A stretch of DNA of 64,000 nucleotides from Candidatus Latescibacterota bacterium (GCA_965217865.1 CBDCJO010000001.1:192001-256000); one strand, 5' to 3'. Numbered from the stretch's first letter, positions 9,181 to 19,717 are shown. Numbers and translations are program-made. Notes: generated from the sequence alone by a model not told the origin.

Positions 9181-10821
9181 TTAAATCTTCTTCTTTTCGA
9201 TTTCTCCATCCGGATCCACCCCGTCCTCCGATTCTTTCAGGACGTGCCTTTTCAATCCGGGGATATGAATCTCCTGGATATACGCCTTCCAGTCGATACG
9301 TCCCACATCGAAGTTGAAGATCCTCTGCTCTTCTAAATTTAAATCCCGGTACAGGCGACGGGTGTTCTTCGTGGCAAACCGACAATCCAGATTGGTGTAG
9401 GGACTATAGATCTCGGCAAGGGACATCACTTTTTGAAGCGTGGCCTCCAGGGTGGTGACCCTTCGTCGCAGCGCCCGCGACCAGGGAATCGCCGAGACAT
9501 TATCGATCAACCATTGAAGTGTATTCAGCGGAATCTGGTATTTCAAACGACAGCGCCGCCGGAACTTCCTCGGTGAGGGAAAGGACCATCGATGTACCGG
9601 AATCGGGTCCCCTCCGCGGGTCCGCATAGGGTTCTTAAGGAAATATTCATGGACCAGTTTAAACATCTCTCCGAGTTTCAGCGGATTTTCAGTTCCCGTC
9701 GCAACTTGGTAAACCGCGACCTCTTTTCCGAAATTCGGTTTGGCCAGGGCAGCAAGCATCGCATTGACCACCATATCCACTGGCACGACATCGAGCACGA
9801 TATCGGGATTTGCAGGGAAGTCGGATATCCTCCCTTTGCTGTAATGAACGATCAACGTGTCTGCCACTTTTAATCCGTCAAGCCATCCGGGCTCAGGATC
9901 CACCAGGCTGCTCTCGATGATCGATGGACGAACGATGATGGTGGGCATATCCCCCCGTGTCTGGAGAATGGCCAGCTCCCCCATCGCCTTCGTGAGGGTA
10001 TAGCTGTCGTGCCACCCCATCCCCCTCGCCCTGCGCATCCCTTCATCGATCAACCTTCGGTTCAGCCACCGTTTTCGGGTGGCTTCGATAAGGGTCTGCA
10101 TCCGGTGCTCGGATATGGCGCGACCGTTCTGCTTTCGGATCGACCTTTGGAATTTCGCCCTCATCTCGGGAAGCCGCGATTCCTCCTGAACGCTTCGGCT
10201 GAATGTGATAATGTCCTCGATCTCCCGGTCCAGATCGAAGACATTTCCGTCTCTTCCCAGATGTGCGACGGTCTGCGAAGAAAGGATCGGTTCCTCGGGA
10301 ACCCGTCCGGTCTGCCTTCCGTTGACATATGCCGTGGAAACGTGCAGGAAAATCGGTTCGCGACACCCCGTTGCAAACTCGACCATTCGCATGGGTCCGA
10401 GGGTATTCAGCTCCAGCGCGAGATCGAGACGTTCATCAAAGACCACGGTGGCCGCGACATTAATCAGGACCTGCACCTCTTCAGCCAACCTGGCGCGCGT
10501 ATCCGGATCGAAACCCAGGCCGTCCTGGGACAGATCCCCTCCAACAGCCGACACCTTAGACCGTATAAAATCCCAGAACCCGTCGCCATACATCCTCCGC
10601 AACTTGGCGAAAGCCCTCGACTCGAACACCTCTCTCTCCAGACTTTCCTGGGCGGACAGAATCCCGCCATCCGGCCCGCGACGAGGTCTGATCATAAGAT
10701 ACAGCCGTCCCACATCCGGGATTTCCGACAGGATCTTCTCCACGAACCCCTTCCCCAGGAAACCCGTCGATCCGGTGACGAAGAGCTTTTTACCACTAAA
10801 AAAATCGGCGATAGTCGACAT
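9181..10821 (-). CDS. Fatty acyl-CoA reductase (NAD_binding_4 plus C-terminal Sterile domain)
   Basis: VTGSTGFLG, HVSTAYV, YTLTKAMGE (YxxxK), IVRPSII, DVVPVDMVVNA, FNFD...IDWKAY. Confidence 0.92.
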   Translation of the reverse strand: MSTIADFFSGKKLFVTGSTGFLGKGFVEKILSEIPDVGRLYLMIRPRRGPDGGILSAQESLEREVFESRAFAKLRRMYGDGFWDFIRSKVSAVGGDLSQDGLGFDPDTRARLAEEVQVLINVAATVVFDERLDLALELNTLGPMRMVEFATGCREPIFLHVSTAYVNGRQTGRVPEEPILSSQTVAHLGRDGNVFDLDREIEDIITFSRSVQEESRLPEMRAKFQRSIRKQNGRAISEHRMQTLIEATRKRWLNRRLIDEGMRRARGMGWHDSYTLTKAMGELAILQTRGDMPTIIVRPSIIESSLVDPEPGWLDGLKVADTLIVHYSKGRISDFPANPDIVLDVVPVDMVVNAMLAALAKPNFGKEVAVYQVATGTENPLKLGEMFKLVHEYFLKNPMRTRGGDPIPVHRWSFPSPRKFRRRCRLKYQIPLNTLQWLIDNVSAIPWSRALRRRVTTLEATLQKVMSLAEIYSPYTNLDCRFATKNTRRLYRDLNLEEQRIFNFDVGRIDWKAYIQEIHIPGLKRHVLKESEDGVDPDGEIEKKKI

Positions 10822-10949
10822 GATACGAATTAAATAAGGAATTCAGCCGTGGTGGGGGCGCGACGGAGATCAAACCTCCGTGATGGCGCCAAAGGGAACA
10901 ATCGGGTTAGGATGTCTCGAAGCCGAATGTCCCCGGGGGCAGAAGAAAA

Positions 10950-12716
10950 TCAGTCAGAATCAGACTGCTGATCCACGATCGACCCGGATGGCCGACCCTT
11001 CCGAAGTTCGGGGATTGCGTGCCGCCGAACCTTTTGAGTGGAGGTCTTGGGAAGCTCTTCCTCCAGAACAGATATTCTGCGGATCCGTTTGTAATCCGCC
11101 ATCTGACTGTTCAAACGGCGAACCTCTTCACGCACGGCGGTCTCGATCTCTTCGGGGGAATAAGGGGTCCCACGCTCGTCCTCCATTTGATCGAAGCATT
11201 CCTTTTCCGAAACGACAAGGACCTCGATATCCTCCCCACCCCCGTCCCCGGTCGGAACACCGTAGACCAAGGTTTCCTTGATGAGAGGGCTTGGGTTCAG
11301 GAGTGTCTCGATCTCCTCGGGATAGACATTCTTCCCCCCAGGCGTCACGATCACGTTCTTCGAACGCCCGCAGATATGCAAATATCCATCCCGGTCAATT
11401 CTTCCCAGATCTCCCGTATAAAACCACCCATCCTTCAAGGCCCTCGCCGTCATCTCCGGATCCTTGTAATACCCTTTCATGACGATGTCTCCTGCCGCCA
11501 GGATCTCCCCCACGCCATCGGGTCCAGGGTCTCGGATCCGGACTTGGGACCCGGGCACCGGGACGCCGACCGAATCGTGGCGCGGTCTCTCGGCGGGATT
11601 CACCGTCAACACGGGAGAAGTCTCCGTCAAGCCGTAACCCTGTGCAAACGAAAATCCCAGATCCTCGAAACCCTGCGGAATCGTAATGGGCAGCGGGGCC
11701 CCACCGCAGATGAACAGCCGGACACTCCCTAAACCCGCCTTCTGCCGGAGACTTCGGAAGACCTTGCCACCCACCTTCAAGCCCAGGCCTATCCGGAGGC
11801 CCTTCACGATTCCCATCATCGCACGAAACATGGCCTTGACGGCCGCCGGTTTCTGGTTCACCCCCCGCAAAATCCCGGCGTGAAGTTTCTCGAAGAGAAG
11901 GGGCACGCCAAGCATGACAGTCACGTTCGTATTTCGCATGTCATCTAGGAGGTCCCTGGATTTCAAGCTCCGGGCGTACGTCACGGTCGCACCCACATCC
12001 ACGGGACAGATCAGGCCTCCCGTGCATTCGAACGTGTGGTGCAGGGGGAGGACAGAGAGGAATATATCTCCACTCCCGAGACGAATAATCTCCTGGGCCC
12101 CCCTTGCATCCGTCAGTATGTTCCGGTGGGAAAGCATGACCCCCTTCGGTTTTCCCGTCGTCCCTGACGTGTAGATGATCGCGGCCAAATCATCGGGGGT
12201 AACCCCTGGGGATTCCGACATCGGGGCCCCGGCCTCCAGGACATCACCCCAACCGTCCATGCATATGACCCGATCGATCCCATCCATCTCCTGAGCGGTT
12301 TCTCTAAACCGCTCGGAAACAATCATCCATCGGGTCCCTGAGTCCCTCGCAATCGCCTGGATCTCGGGCGGTTTCATCAACGAATCGAGCGGAATGGCGA
12401 TTCCGCCGCAGGCCTGCGACGCAAAGTAGGCAATAGCCCATTCCGGACGATTTTCCCCCAATATGCCGACGGTTTCACCCGGCCGAACGCCGATCGCCCG
12501 CAACCCCCCGGCCAGCGCGGCCGTCTGTTTGCCCAATTCCCGGTATGTGAGCCGATCGTAAGCACCTTTCCGCCAGGTTTGAAGCGCCACCTTTTCGTCC
12601 AGCTGGGCTGCTCTTCGGGCAACCATCGCTGGAATCGTCGACTCGTCTGCCACGGCTGAACCCCTGAATTGAAAGGGTTTGTTTTTATCTGGATCCGGTT
12701 CGGGCGTTAGGACCAT
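10950..12716 (-). CDS. Long-chain fatty acid-CoA ligase (AMP-binding); alternative GTG start at 12653
   Basis: IIYTSGTTGKPKG, GYGLTET, TGDLG, KNVYPEEIE, PKTSTQK. Confidence 0.93.
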   Translation of the reverse strand: MVLTPEPDPDKNKPFQFRGSAVADESTIPAMVARRAAQLDEKVALQTWRKGAYDRLTYRELGKQTAALAGGLRAIGVRPGETVGILGENRPEWAIAYFASQACGGIAIPLDSLMKPPEIQAIARDSGTRWMIVSERFRETAQEMDGIDRVICMDGWGDVLEAGAPMSESPGVTPDDLAAIIYTSGTTGKPKGVMLSHRNILTDARGAQEIIRLGSGDIFLSVLPLHHTFECTGGLICPVDVGATVTYARSLKSRDLLDDMRNTNVTVMLGVPLLFEKLHAGILRGVNQKPAAVKAMFRAMMGIVKGLRIGLGLKVGGKVFRSLRQKAGLGSVRLFICGGAPLPITIPQGFEDLGFSFAQGYGLTETSPVLTVNPAERPRHDSVGVPVPGSQVRIRDPGPDGVGEILAAGDIVMKGYYKDPEMTARALKDGWFYTGDLGRIDRDGYLHICGRSKNVIVTPGGKNVYPEEIETLLNPSPLIKETLVYGVPTGDGGGEDIEVLVVSEKECFDQMEDERGTPYSPEEIETAVREEVRRLNSQMADYKRIRRISVLEEELPKTSTQKVRRHAIPELRKGRPSGSIVDQQSDSD

Positions 12717-12749
12717 TCCCGAGCCAGAACCTGTTAAAATTTCCGATCA

Positions 12750-12778
12750 AATTTACGCCCCACCCCTGGTTTTGTCAA
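12750..12778 (-). promoter_or_regulatory. Sigma70-type promoter of the lipid operon
   Basis: TTGACA-N17-TAAATT on the minus strand. Confidence 0.65.
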
Positions 12779-12799
12779 GATCCACCCGCCCCTCCCCCA

Positions 12800-13129
12800 T
12801 CAACCCTGAAGGTGGTAAACTTCCTCCATCATCGCCCACCACTCCCCTGGACGGGCATCCGCTACCGGTTCCTGGAACCCATTCATCAACTTTTGCCACA
12901 CCGCGCACCTCGGATCTTCCATGTAGGAGGAGAAGTCGCTGTCCCAGTTGAAACTGTCTTCGGTCAGGGAATACATAAACAGTCTCCGGCCGATCAGGAA
13001 GATTGTCATTTCCTTGATGCCGATCCCCCGCAATCCGGCCTCGACTTCCGGCCAAACCCTCCGATGATGCTCCTTGTAGACCTCGACCGTTTCCGGTTTC
13101 AAATTCAACGTCAGCCCGAATCTTTTCAT
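12800..13129 (-). CDS. rhaM: L-rhamnose mutarotase family protein
   Basis: YKEHHRRVWPEV...GIKEMTIFL...W...M...WWAMMEEVYHL. Confidence 0.85.
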   Translation of the reverse strand: MKRFGLTLNLKPETVEVYKEHHRRVWPEVEAGLRGIGIKEMTIFLIGRRLFMYSLTEDSFNWDSDFSSYMEDPRCAVWQKLMNGFQEPVADARPGEWWAMMEEVYHLQG

Positions 13130-13169
13130 CCTAAAACCTCCATAAGTATCAAGATTTTTTTTAGTTATA

Positions 13170-13198
13170 ATGATAGAAGGTCATTACAGCCCTGTCAA
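13170..13198 (-). promoter_or_regulatory. Sigma70-type promoter for rhaM
   Basis: TTGACA-N17-TATCAT on the minus strand. Confidence 0.65.
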
Positions 13199-13222
13199 GC
13201 CTTTTCCTTCCCGTCTTTCTGC

Positions 13223-13251
13223 TTGACAAAACCCCTGTTCATGCGTATACT
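13223..13251 (+). promoter_or_regulatory. Sigma70-type promoter for WG-repeat gene (divergent from rhaM promoter)
   Basis: TTGACA-N17-TATACT. Confidence 0.75.
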
Positions 13252-13438
13252 ATTTTCTGAAACTTTGGACCAATGGACAAATATCGCCTCGTTCCGTGAT
13301 CCAGGAAGTCGGGGACGCAGAACGAATCCCCCCGGGCTTTGGGGAGTTAAACTTTATGTGAGTGGAGATCGACTTCTGCGATCCGGATATCCGGGGAGAG
13401 TCTGAACAGTTTCCCGGGTTTAATGGAGGAAAGACTTC

Positions 13439-14455
13439 ATGAAGACGCGTATACGAAAATTTATATTTATCCCGATATCCCTGCTCCTGATGGTTTCTTC
13501 GTATATCTGGGCGGCAGATAAGAAAATCATGCTTTATCCCGTTGTCCAGAACCGGAAGTACGGATACATGAATCGAAGGGGTAAAATCGTCATCGAGCCG
13601 AAGTTTGACTATGCGTGGTCCTTCTCAGAAGGCCTGGCCGGAATCGTTATAGACCGGAAGGGCGGTTATATCGACCCGAAGGGAAACATCGTCATACAGC
13701 CCCAATTCGACCGGGCATGGCCGTTCTCCGACGGATTGGCCCTGGTGACAATCAAAAGGAAGGGATCCTACATCGACAAAGCGGGACAGTACGCAATCTA
13801 TTCCCTCAAGCAGGTGATCGATGAAGATGGGGCGCTGACGGATTCCACGACCGCGATCTCCCTGTCCGATGCGAATAAATTCTATACCGAAGTCCAGGTT
13901 GGATCGAAGATCAGGGTGCCGAAACAGTTCAAAAAGGCCAGACGATTTTCCGACGGCCTTGCGCGCGTCGCGCATCAAGGCAAGGGAGGGTATATCGATA
14001 CATCAGGCGCCTTTGCGATCGAACCGAAATATTTTACCGCCCGCGACTTTTCGGAGGGGCTCGCACCCGTGAGGGTGGTGGGTGGTCTATGGGGCTATAT
14101 CGATAAGAACGAGGAGTTCGTGATAGAGCCTCGATTCTGGGATGCGGGTGATTTTTCAGAAGGTCTCGCACCAGCACAGCAGTCCTCGGCAGCACAATGG
14201 GGATACATCGATAAGAAAGGGGATTCCATCATATCGGCCAGGTACCGACGTGCGGAACCGTTCTCGGAAGGGATGGCCGCTGTCAAATTCAGCAACGACA
14301 TGTTCGGCTATATCGACCTCGCGGGTAGATTGGCCATCCCGGCCAAGTTTGACCGGGCTTATCCCTTTTTACACGGCCTGGCACGGGTGAAGGTCGGCCG
14401 CAAGTATGGCTACATCAACAACAGGGGAGCTTATGTCTGGGAACCCACTGAATAG
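13439..14455 (+). CDS. Secreted WG-repeat (KWG/WG_beta_rep) protein
   Basis: Signal peptide; repeated GYIDxxGxxxIxPxFxxAxxFSEGLA units; GGAGG RBS. Confidence 0.92.
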   Translation: MKTRIRKFIFIPISLLLMVSSYIWAADKKIMLYPVVQNRKYGYMNRRGKIVIEPKFDYAWSFSEGLAGIVIDRKGGYIDPKGNIVIQPQFDRAWPFSDGLALVTIKRKGSYIDKAGQYAIYSLKQVIDEDGALTDSTTAISLSDANKFYTEVQVGSKIRVPKQFKKARRFSDGLARVAHQGKGGYIDTSGAFAIEPKYFTARDFSEGLAPVRVVGGLWGYIDKNEEFVIEPRFWDAGDFSEGLAPAQQSSAAQWGYIDKKGDSIISARYRRAEPFSEGMAAVKFSNDMFGYIDLAGRLAIPAKFDRAYPFLHGLARVKVGRKYGYINNRGAYVWEPTE

Positions 14456-14614
14456 CCACTTCTCGTCGGCATCGGATTGAAAATAGTGCTTCTCGGTCAG
14501 GCAAAATCGCTCCCTCCCCAAATCCCCTCCCATCCTCCCTGGCCAAGGGCTCACCTTTTCTCTTTCTGATTCCTGACGTCATGTAATTCTGCTTTTCTCT
14601 TCTGCCCTTCTCCT

Positions 14615-17062
14615 ATGTCCATCCCCGCGCTTCTGAACGAATGGCGAAACGACCCCGAAGTCGCCCCCAACATCGCCGCCTGGCGAACCTTCCCCGAGCG
14701 TCAAAGAACGGCCGTGCCATTCCCGGCCGGGCTCCATCCCCTTCTGAAAGGGGCGTTGCTCCGGCGCGGGATCGACGTCCTCTACACACACCAGGGCCAG
14801 GCGTTGGAACACATACTTGCCGGCCGGCACACCGTCATCGCCACGGGCACGGCCAGTGGAAAAACCCTCTGTTATAACCTTCCTGTCTTGAATCGACTCC
14901 TCGTTGATCCGTCGGCACGCGCGCTCTACATCTTCCCCACGAAAGCCCTGGCCCAGGACCAGAAGGATGAATTGAGGGGGTTTATCGGTGGTTTTGAAGA
15001 AGGTTCCGAAGAGGGAAACCCGCAGCAGCGGATTCCTGTCTCGACATACGACGGAGATACGCCAAAAGGGGTCCGGTCCCGGCCGGGGGAACGCCCGGTT
15101 GGTCATCAGCAACCCGGATATGCTTCACTCCGGAATCCTGCCCCATCATACATTGTGGTCCGAATTTTTCCGCCACTTGCATTTCGTGGTGATCGACGAG
15201 ATACACGTCCATCGAGGCGTGTTCGGCTCGCACGTTGCGAATGTCCTTCGCCGCTTGAAGAGAATCGCGGATTTCTACGGATCAGCACCCCGGTTTATCC
15301 TAACTTCCGCGACGATCGCCAATCCCGAAGAGCACGCCGAACGGCTTGTCGAAGACCACGTCTCACTCGTGGAGGTGGACGGCGCGCCACGGGGGGAGAG
15401 GCATCTCCTGATCTACAACCCGCCGATCGTAAACCGCGAACTCGGCCTTCGCCGAAGCGCCCTGTTGGAGAGCGTTCGCATGGCACGGGACCTGTACAAG
15501 CACGATGTGCAGACCATCGTTTTTGGTCGAACCCGTCGGACCGTTGAATTGATCCTCGGATATCTGCGACGCACCTCGACTCCATCTGCCCACGGGGACG
15601 ACGAAGATGATCGAATACGGGGGTATCGCAGCGGTTACCTGGTGAAGCATCGGAACGAGATCGAGCGGGGACTCCGGGAAGGGCTTGTGCGTACGGTGGT
15701 CGCAACAAATGCCCTCGAACTTGGAATCGATATCGGAGGCATGGGGGCTTCGGTGATGACCGGCTATCCGGGTTCCGTTGCAGGGACCTGGCAACAGGCT
15801 GGCCGCGCAGGCCGCAAGCGCGAATCCTCTCTTGCCGCCTTGATCTCTTCGGCCAACCCACTCGATCAATTCCTGGCGCACCATCCTGACTATTTTTTCA
15901 AAAAATCTCCTGAACAAGCCCTGATCAATCCCGATAATCTCCTGATTCTCTTACAGCATCTGCGGTGTTCGGCGTTCGAGCTCGTTATCCTTCGGGGATG
16001 GTCACCCTGCGAAGCGCCTCTTCCAACCGTGTGGATCTGGAGGCGGCTGAGGAGAATTCCTGGAAAACAATCGGTCACGTGGACATCACCAGCGCTCCCT
16101 GGATGGTCCATCCCCAGGCCATATATCTCCACGAGGGCCAGGCCTACTCCGTTGAGGATCTGGACCTCACCCGAAATGTCGCGCGATTGCGTCCGTGCCA
16201 GGTGGATTATTACACTGAGCCGCGAACCGAATCCACGGTAAGCCTCTTGGAAAAATCCCGCGAGACCCCGGCCTTCGGTGCCACGAAGCTTCACGGTGAA
16301 ATCGCTGTCACGACCCGGGTGACGGGATTTCAAAAGATCAAATGGTTTACCCACGAAATCCTTGGCGGGGGAGAACTCTCGTTGCCTCCAACCCGTCTAC
16401 AGACAACCGGGTATTGGCTCTCCCTGACCGGCCAAACCGTCGAGGGGCTTCGTATGGAGGGGTTGTGGACCAACGACCCTAACGATTACGGGCCCAACTG
16501 GGCGTTGCAACGGGAAAAAGCGATGGAACGCGACCGATTTCTATGCCAAATCTGCGGCGGAACGGAGGTTGAGGTGTCTCATCACGTTCATCACAAGATT
16601 CCGTTTCGCACCTTCGGATCATACGAGCAGGCCAACCGGTTGACCAACCTGGTGACACTTTGCTCAGTCTGCCACCGTCGCGCGGAACAGGCCGTGAAAA
16701 TCCGAAGCGGCCTGGCCGGCCTGGCATACATCCTGGGCCATCTCGCGCCCCTGTTCCTGATGTGCGATGCAAGGGATATCGGCGTTCATTTCGACCCCCA
16801 ATCCCCGCTCTGGGAGGCCCGTCCCACCGTCGTAATCTATGACCTGGTACCGGCCGGGATCGGTTTTAGCGAGCGCCTTTTTGAAAGGCACCAGGAACTG
16901 ATCGCGCGGGCCCACGATCTTGTAGGTTCCTGCGAATGTGGAGAGGGTTGCCCTTCCTGCGTAGGGCCTGCGGGTGAAAACGGAGAGAACGGGAAGCGCG
17001 AGACCCAGGGAATTCTCTGGGCCATTCTACCGCCCAGAGACCACTCTTGTAATTTGCCATGA
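14615..17062 (+). pseudogene. mrfA: MrfA/Hrq1-type DEAD/DEAH helicase with DUF1998 and inserted HNH domain; split over three frames
   Basis: TASGKT and PTKALAQDQ (frame 1); DEIH, SAT, ALELGIDIG, QQAGRAGR (frame 2); C-terminal CECGEGCPSC (frame 3). Breaks near 15082 and 15984. May be sequence errors rather than true pseudogenisation. Confidence 0.8.
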
Positions 17063-18336
17063 CGACGCTTACGGATAAACTCAAGTCTCTGTCGGTTCAG
17101 GGCGTTTCGCTCGACAATCCCCGGGCCTCTTCGGCGCATCCTATCGATCAGGTTCTTCCATGCCGTAACCATGCCACCGACCGGGGGGAGGCCTTCCTCG
17201 TTGAGACAATCCACCCGCGGGATTATCGCCACGGTCGCTGCCCGATATATCCCCGGGCTTCGCTGAGGTCCTTTTTAGAGGGGTTGAAACAACCGGACCT
17301 CCCGTCGCTCGAACCCCGCCATTTCGCATATCTGGACACCGAGACCACCGGGCTTGTGGGCGGAACGGGCACATATGCCTTTCTGATCGGGGTTGGACGC
17401 TTCGATGGCCACCAGTTCCGCCTGGCGCAATTTTTTATGCGGGACCCGATCGAGGAGCCTGCGGTTTTGGCAGCGCTATCTAATTTTTTGCAGCCTTGCA
17501 GGGCCCTCGTAACCTTCAACGGAAAGGCCTTCGACCTCCCTCTCTTGAACACACGCCACATCGTAAACGGCACACATCCTTCTCTGGCCGTCTTCCCGAA
17601 CATAGACCTCCTCCCAATCGCTCGGCGAATCTGGCGCCACACCCTTTCCAACAGGTCCCTCGGAAATCTCGAGGAAAAAATCATTGGGGCAGAGCGAACA
17701 CACCTGGACGTTCCGGGTTGGATGATCCCCGGGATTTATTTCGATTACCTTAGGTCCGGCGATGGCCGACCCCTTAAAAGCGTGTTTTATCACAATGCGA
17801 TGGACATCCTCTCCCTCGCAGCCCTGTTCAATCACCTCGCGAGAATGCTCGAAGACCCCATCAATCGGGTTGTATTCGGCCCCGAACTCTACGGAATCGG
17901 AACCATTTACGAAGATCTGGGACATTTCGAGGCCGCTGCCGGGATCTACGAACAGGGGTTGAACCATCCCTTGCCGGAAGATGTTCGTGACAAGATCCTT
18001 CGGAAGTTGTCATACCTGGAACGACGTCGCGGGAATCTATCCGGAGCCGTCGATTTGTGGCTCAGATCCGCCCGTCACGGGAAGGTGTATGCCCACGTTG
18101 AATTGGCCAAATATCACGAACACAAAAGACGCGATTATCGGAGGGCAAAGCAGTGGACCCTCACGGCGATCGATCTGGTCAATCAGGGAGGACTCCCGCC
18201 ATACAACCGTGGCAGGTGGCTTCGGGATCTGGACAGAAGACTTGGACGCCTTCGGAGAAAAGCGGATAAAAGTGCGTTTGAAAACCTGAAGGACGCAGGG
18301 CCTTTCTCCCGGGACACATCGCTAAGGGTCTCTTGA
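17059..18336 (+). CDS. mrfB: MrfB/YprB-like RNase H-like (DEDD) exonuclease with C-terminal TPR-like region
   Basis: LDTETTG, TFNGKAFDLP, DLL..ARRIW, HNAMDILSL, ELAKYHEH; 4-bp overlap with the helicase stop. Confidence 0.85.
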   Translation: MTTLTDKLKSLSVQGVSLDNPRASSAHPIDQVLPCRNHATDRGEAFLVETIHPRDYRHGRCPIYPRASLRSFLEGLKQPDLPSLEPRHFAYLDTETTGLVGGTGTYAFLIGVGRFDGHQFRLAQFFMRDPIEEPAVLAALSNFLQPCRALVTFNGKAFDLPLLNTRHIVNGTHPSLAVFPNIDLLPIARRIWRHTLSNRSLGNLEEKIIGAERTHLDVPGWMIPGIYFDYLRSGDGRPLKSVFYHNAMDILSLAALFNHLARMLEDPINRVVFGPELYGIGTIYEDLGHFEAAAGIYEQGLNHPLPEDVRDKILRKLSYLERRRGNLSGAVDLWLRSARHGKVYAHVELAKYHEHKRRDYRRAKQWTLTAIDLVNQGGLPPYNRGRWLRDLDRRLGRLRRKADKSAFENLKDAGPFSRDTSLRVS

Positions 18337-19607
18337 GCAACCGGAACGCTTCGGATCACCAGGACATCCAGGGGCAGATCGACCGCGCCCTGAGGCGTAA
18401 CTTCTCCGTACTCGCCTTAAACCAGATCACGTTGCGGATGGGGTGGATCTTACGCACAGAATCGGTCATCATCCCGGGATTTCTCGATCACCTGGGTGCC
18501 TCCGGCCTCCTGCGGGGACTCCTTCCCACGGTCAGCCGAATCGGCTCAAGCTTCTCGCAACTGCTTGTCACCCCCTCCTTATCCCAACTCCACCGCCAGA
18601 AGTGGGCATATATTACAGCCAGCGGCCTGCTTGGCCTCCCTTGGATCTTCATCGGTCTCCTCCTGTTGTTCACCTCCCTTCCTCCCGCCACGATGCTCTC
18701 TATCTTCATGGTGCTTTACTCGATCAGCGCCGTTGGGTACGGCCTTTCCACCCTCACCTTCGGGACCATCCAGGGTAAACTCATTCCGCCTCGCAGAAGG
18801 GGAAGGCTTCTGGCGGTTTTCGGCGTGAGGGGAGGCCTGCTCTCCCTCGGCATCGCGGCCATTCTCCTCCCCCTCTACCTGACGGATCTAAAGGCTTCAT
18901 ACGGCCCGATTTTTCTCCTGTGCGGCTCGTTCTTTGTCTGTGCCACCCTGATTCTCCTCGGGATACGCGAACCCCCACGGCCGCAACGGGGCGTTCCGCC
19001 GAAACTTCACGGGTTCATCGAGGATTCGCTCAGAATCATACGAAAAGACAAGAACTTCCGCGTTCTGATTCTGGTTGTAATGCTGATGTACCTCACGCTT
19101 CTCCTGTTCCCGCACTACACCGTTTTCGGCATGAGGCGGGTCGGGGTAGAACCTCACGGCTTTGTGACCCTCGTCATCGCGCAAAACAGTGTTTTTGCCT
19201 TGGCCTCATTCTTCATGGGGAACCTCGCTGACCGACGGGGAAATCGGGCGATGCTCAGACTCGTGGCCTGGGTTGCCGCGCTGGTGCCCCTCCTGGCCGT
19301 GATCATCTCCCTTTTACCGCCCGGGATCGGCAAAAGCCTCTATCCTCTCGTCTACGCCTGTATCGGATTTACGCCGGTATCCCAGCGCATTGTCACAAAC
19401 TACACCCTGGAGATCGCCCCCAAAGAACGGCACACCCAGTACCTGGGGATCCTGAATGTCCTGCAGAACATCCCAATTTTTTTCGCCCCACTGGTGGGCT
19501 GGACAATCGACGTGGTCTCTTTCGAGCCTGTCTTCATTTGTTTCACCGTCCTGATGTTGTTCGGAGCCCTGTTGTCCGTCTGGTTGAAAGAACCCCGAAA
19601 CGGCTGA
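18333..19607 (+). CDS. MFS transporter
   Basis: About 12 hydrophobic segments; GNLADRRGNR loop motif; RRRGRL motif. Confidence 0.85.
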   Translation: MSNRNASDHQDIQGQIDRALRRNFSVLALNQITLRMGWILRTESVIIPGFLDHLGASGLLRGLLPTVSRIGSSFSQLLVTPSLSQLHRQKWAYITASGLLGLPWIFIGLLLLFTSLPPATMLSIFMVLYSISAVGYGLSTLTFGTIQGKLIPPRRRGRLLAVFGVRGGLLSLGIAAILLPLYLTDLKASYGPIFLLCGSFFVCATLILLGIREPPRPQRGVPPKLHGFIEDSLRIIRKDKNFRVLILVVMLMYLTLLLFPHYTVFGMRRVGVEPHGFVTLVIAQNSVFALASFFMGNLADRRGNRAMLRLVAWVAALVPLLAVIISLLPPGIGKSLYPLVYACIGFTPVSQRIVTNYTLEIAPKERHTQYLGILNVLQNIPIFFAPLVGWTIDVVSFEPVFICFTVLMLFGALLSVWLKEPRNG

Positions 19608-19717
19608 AAACCGGATAGCTCCTCTAAAGATCCCTTGCAGCCGTGGCGCAACTTTCCTATATTCAGAAAGTACTGGTATCCTGCTTCATTCACCCAAGTC
19701 CGTACTCGGAGGTCACC

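Noticed and set aside
15060-15100. Programmed frameshift in the helicase
   Set aside because: No slippery heptamer seen, and a second, deletion-like break lies downstream; lesion or error is simpler.
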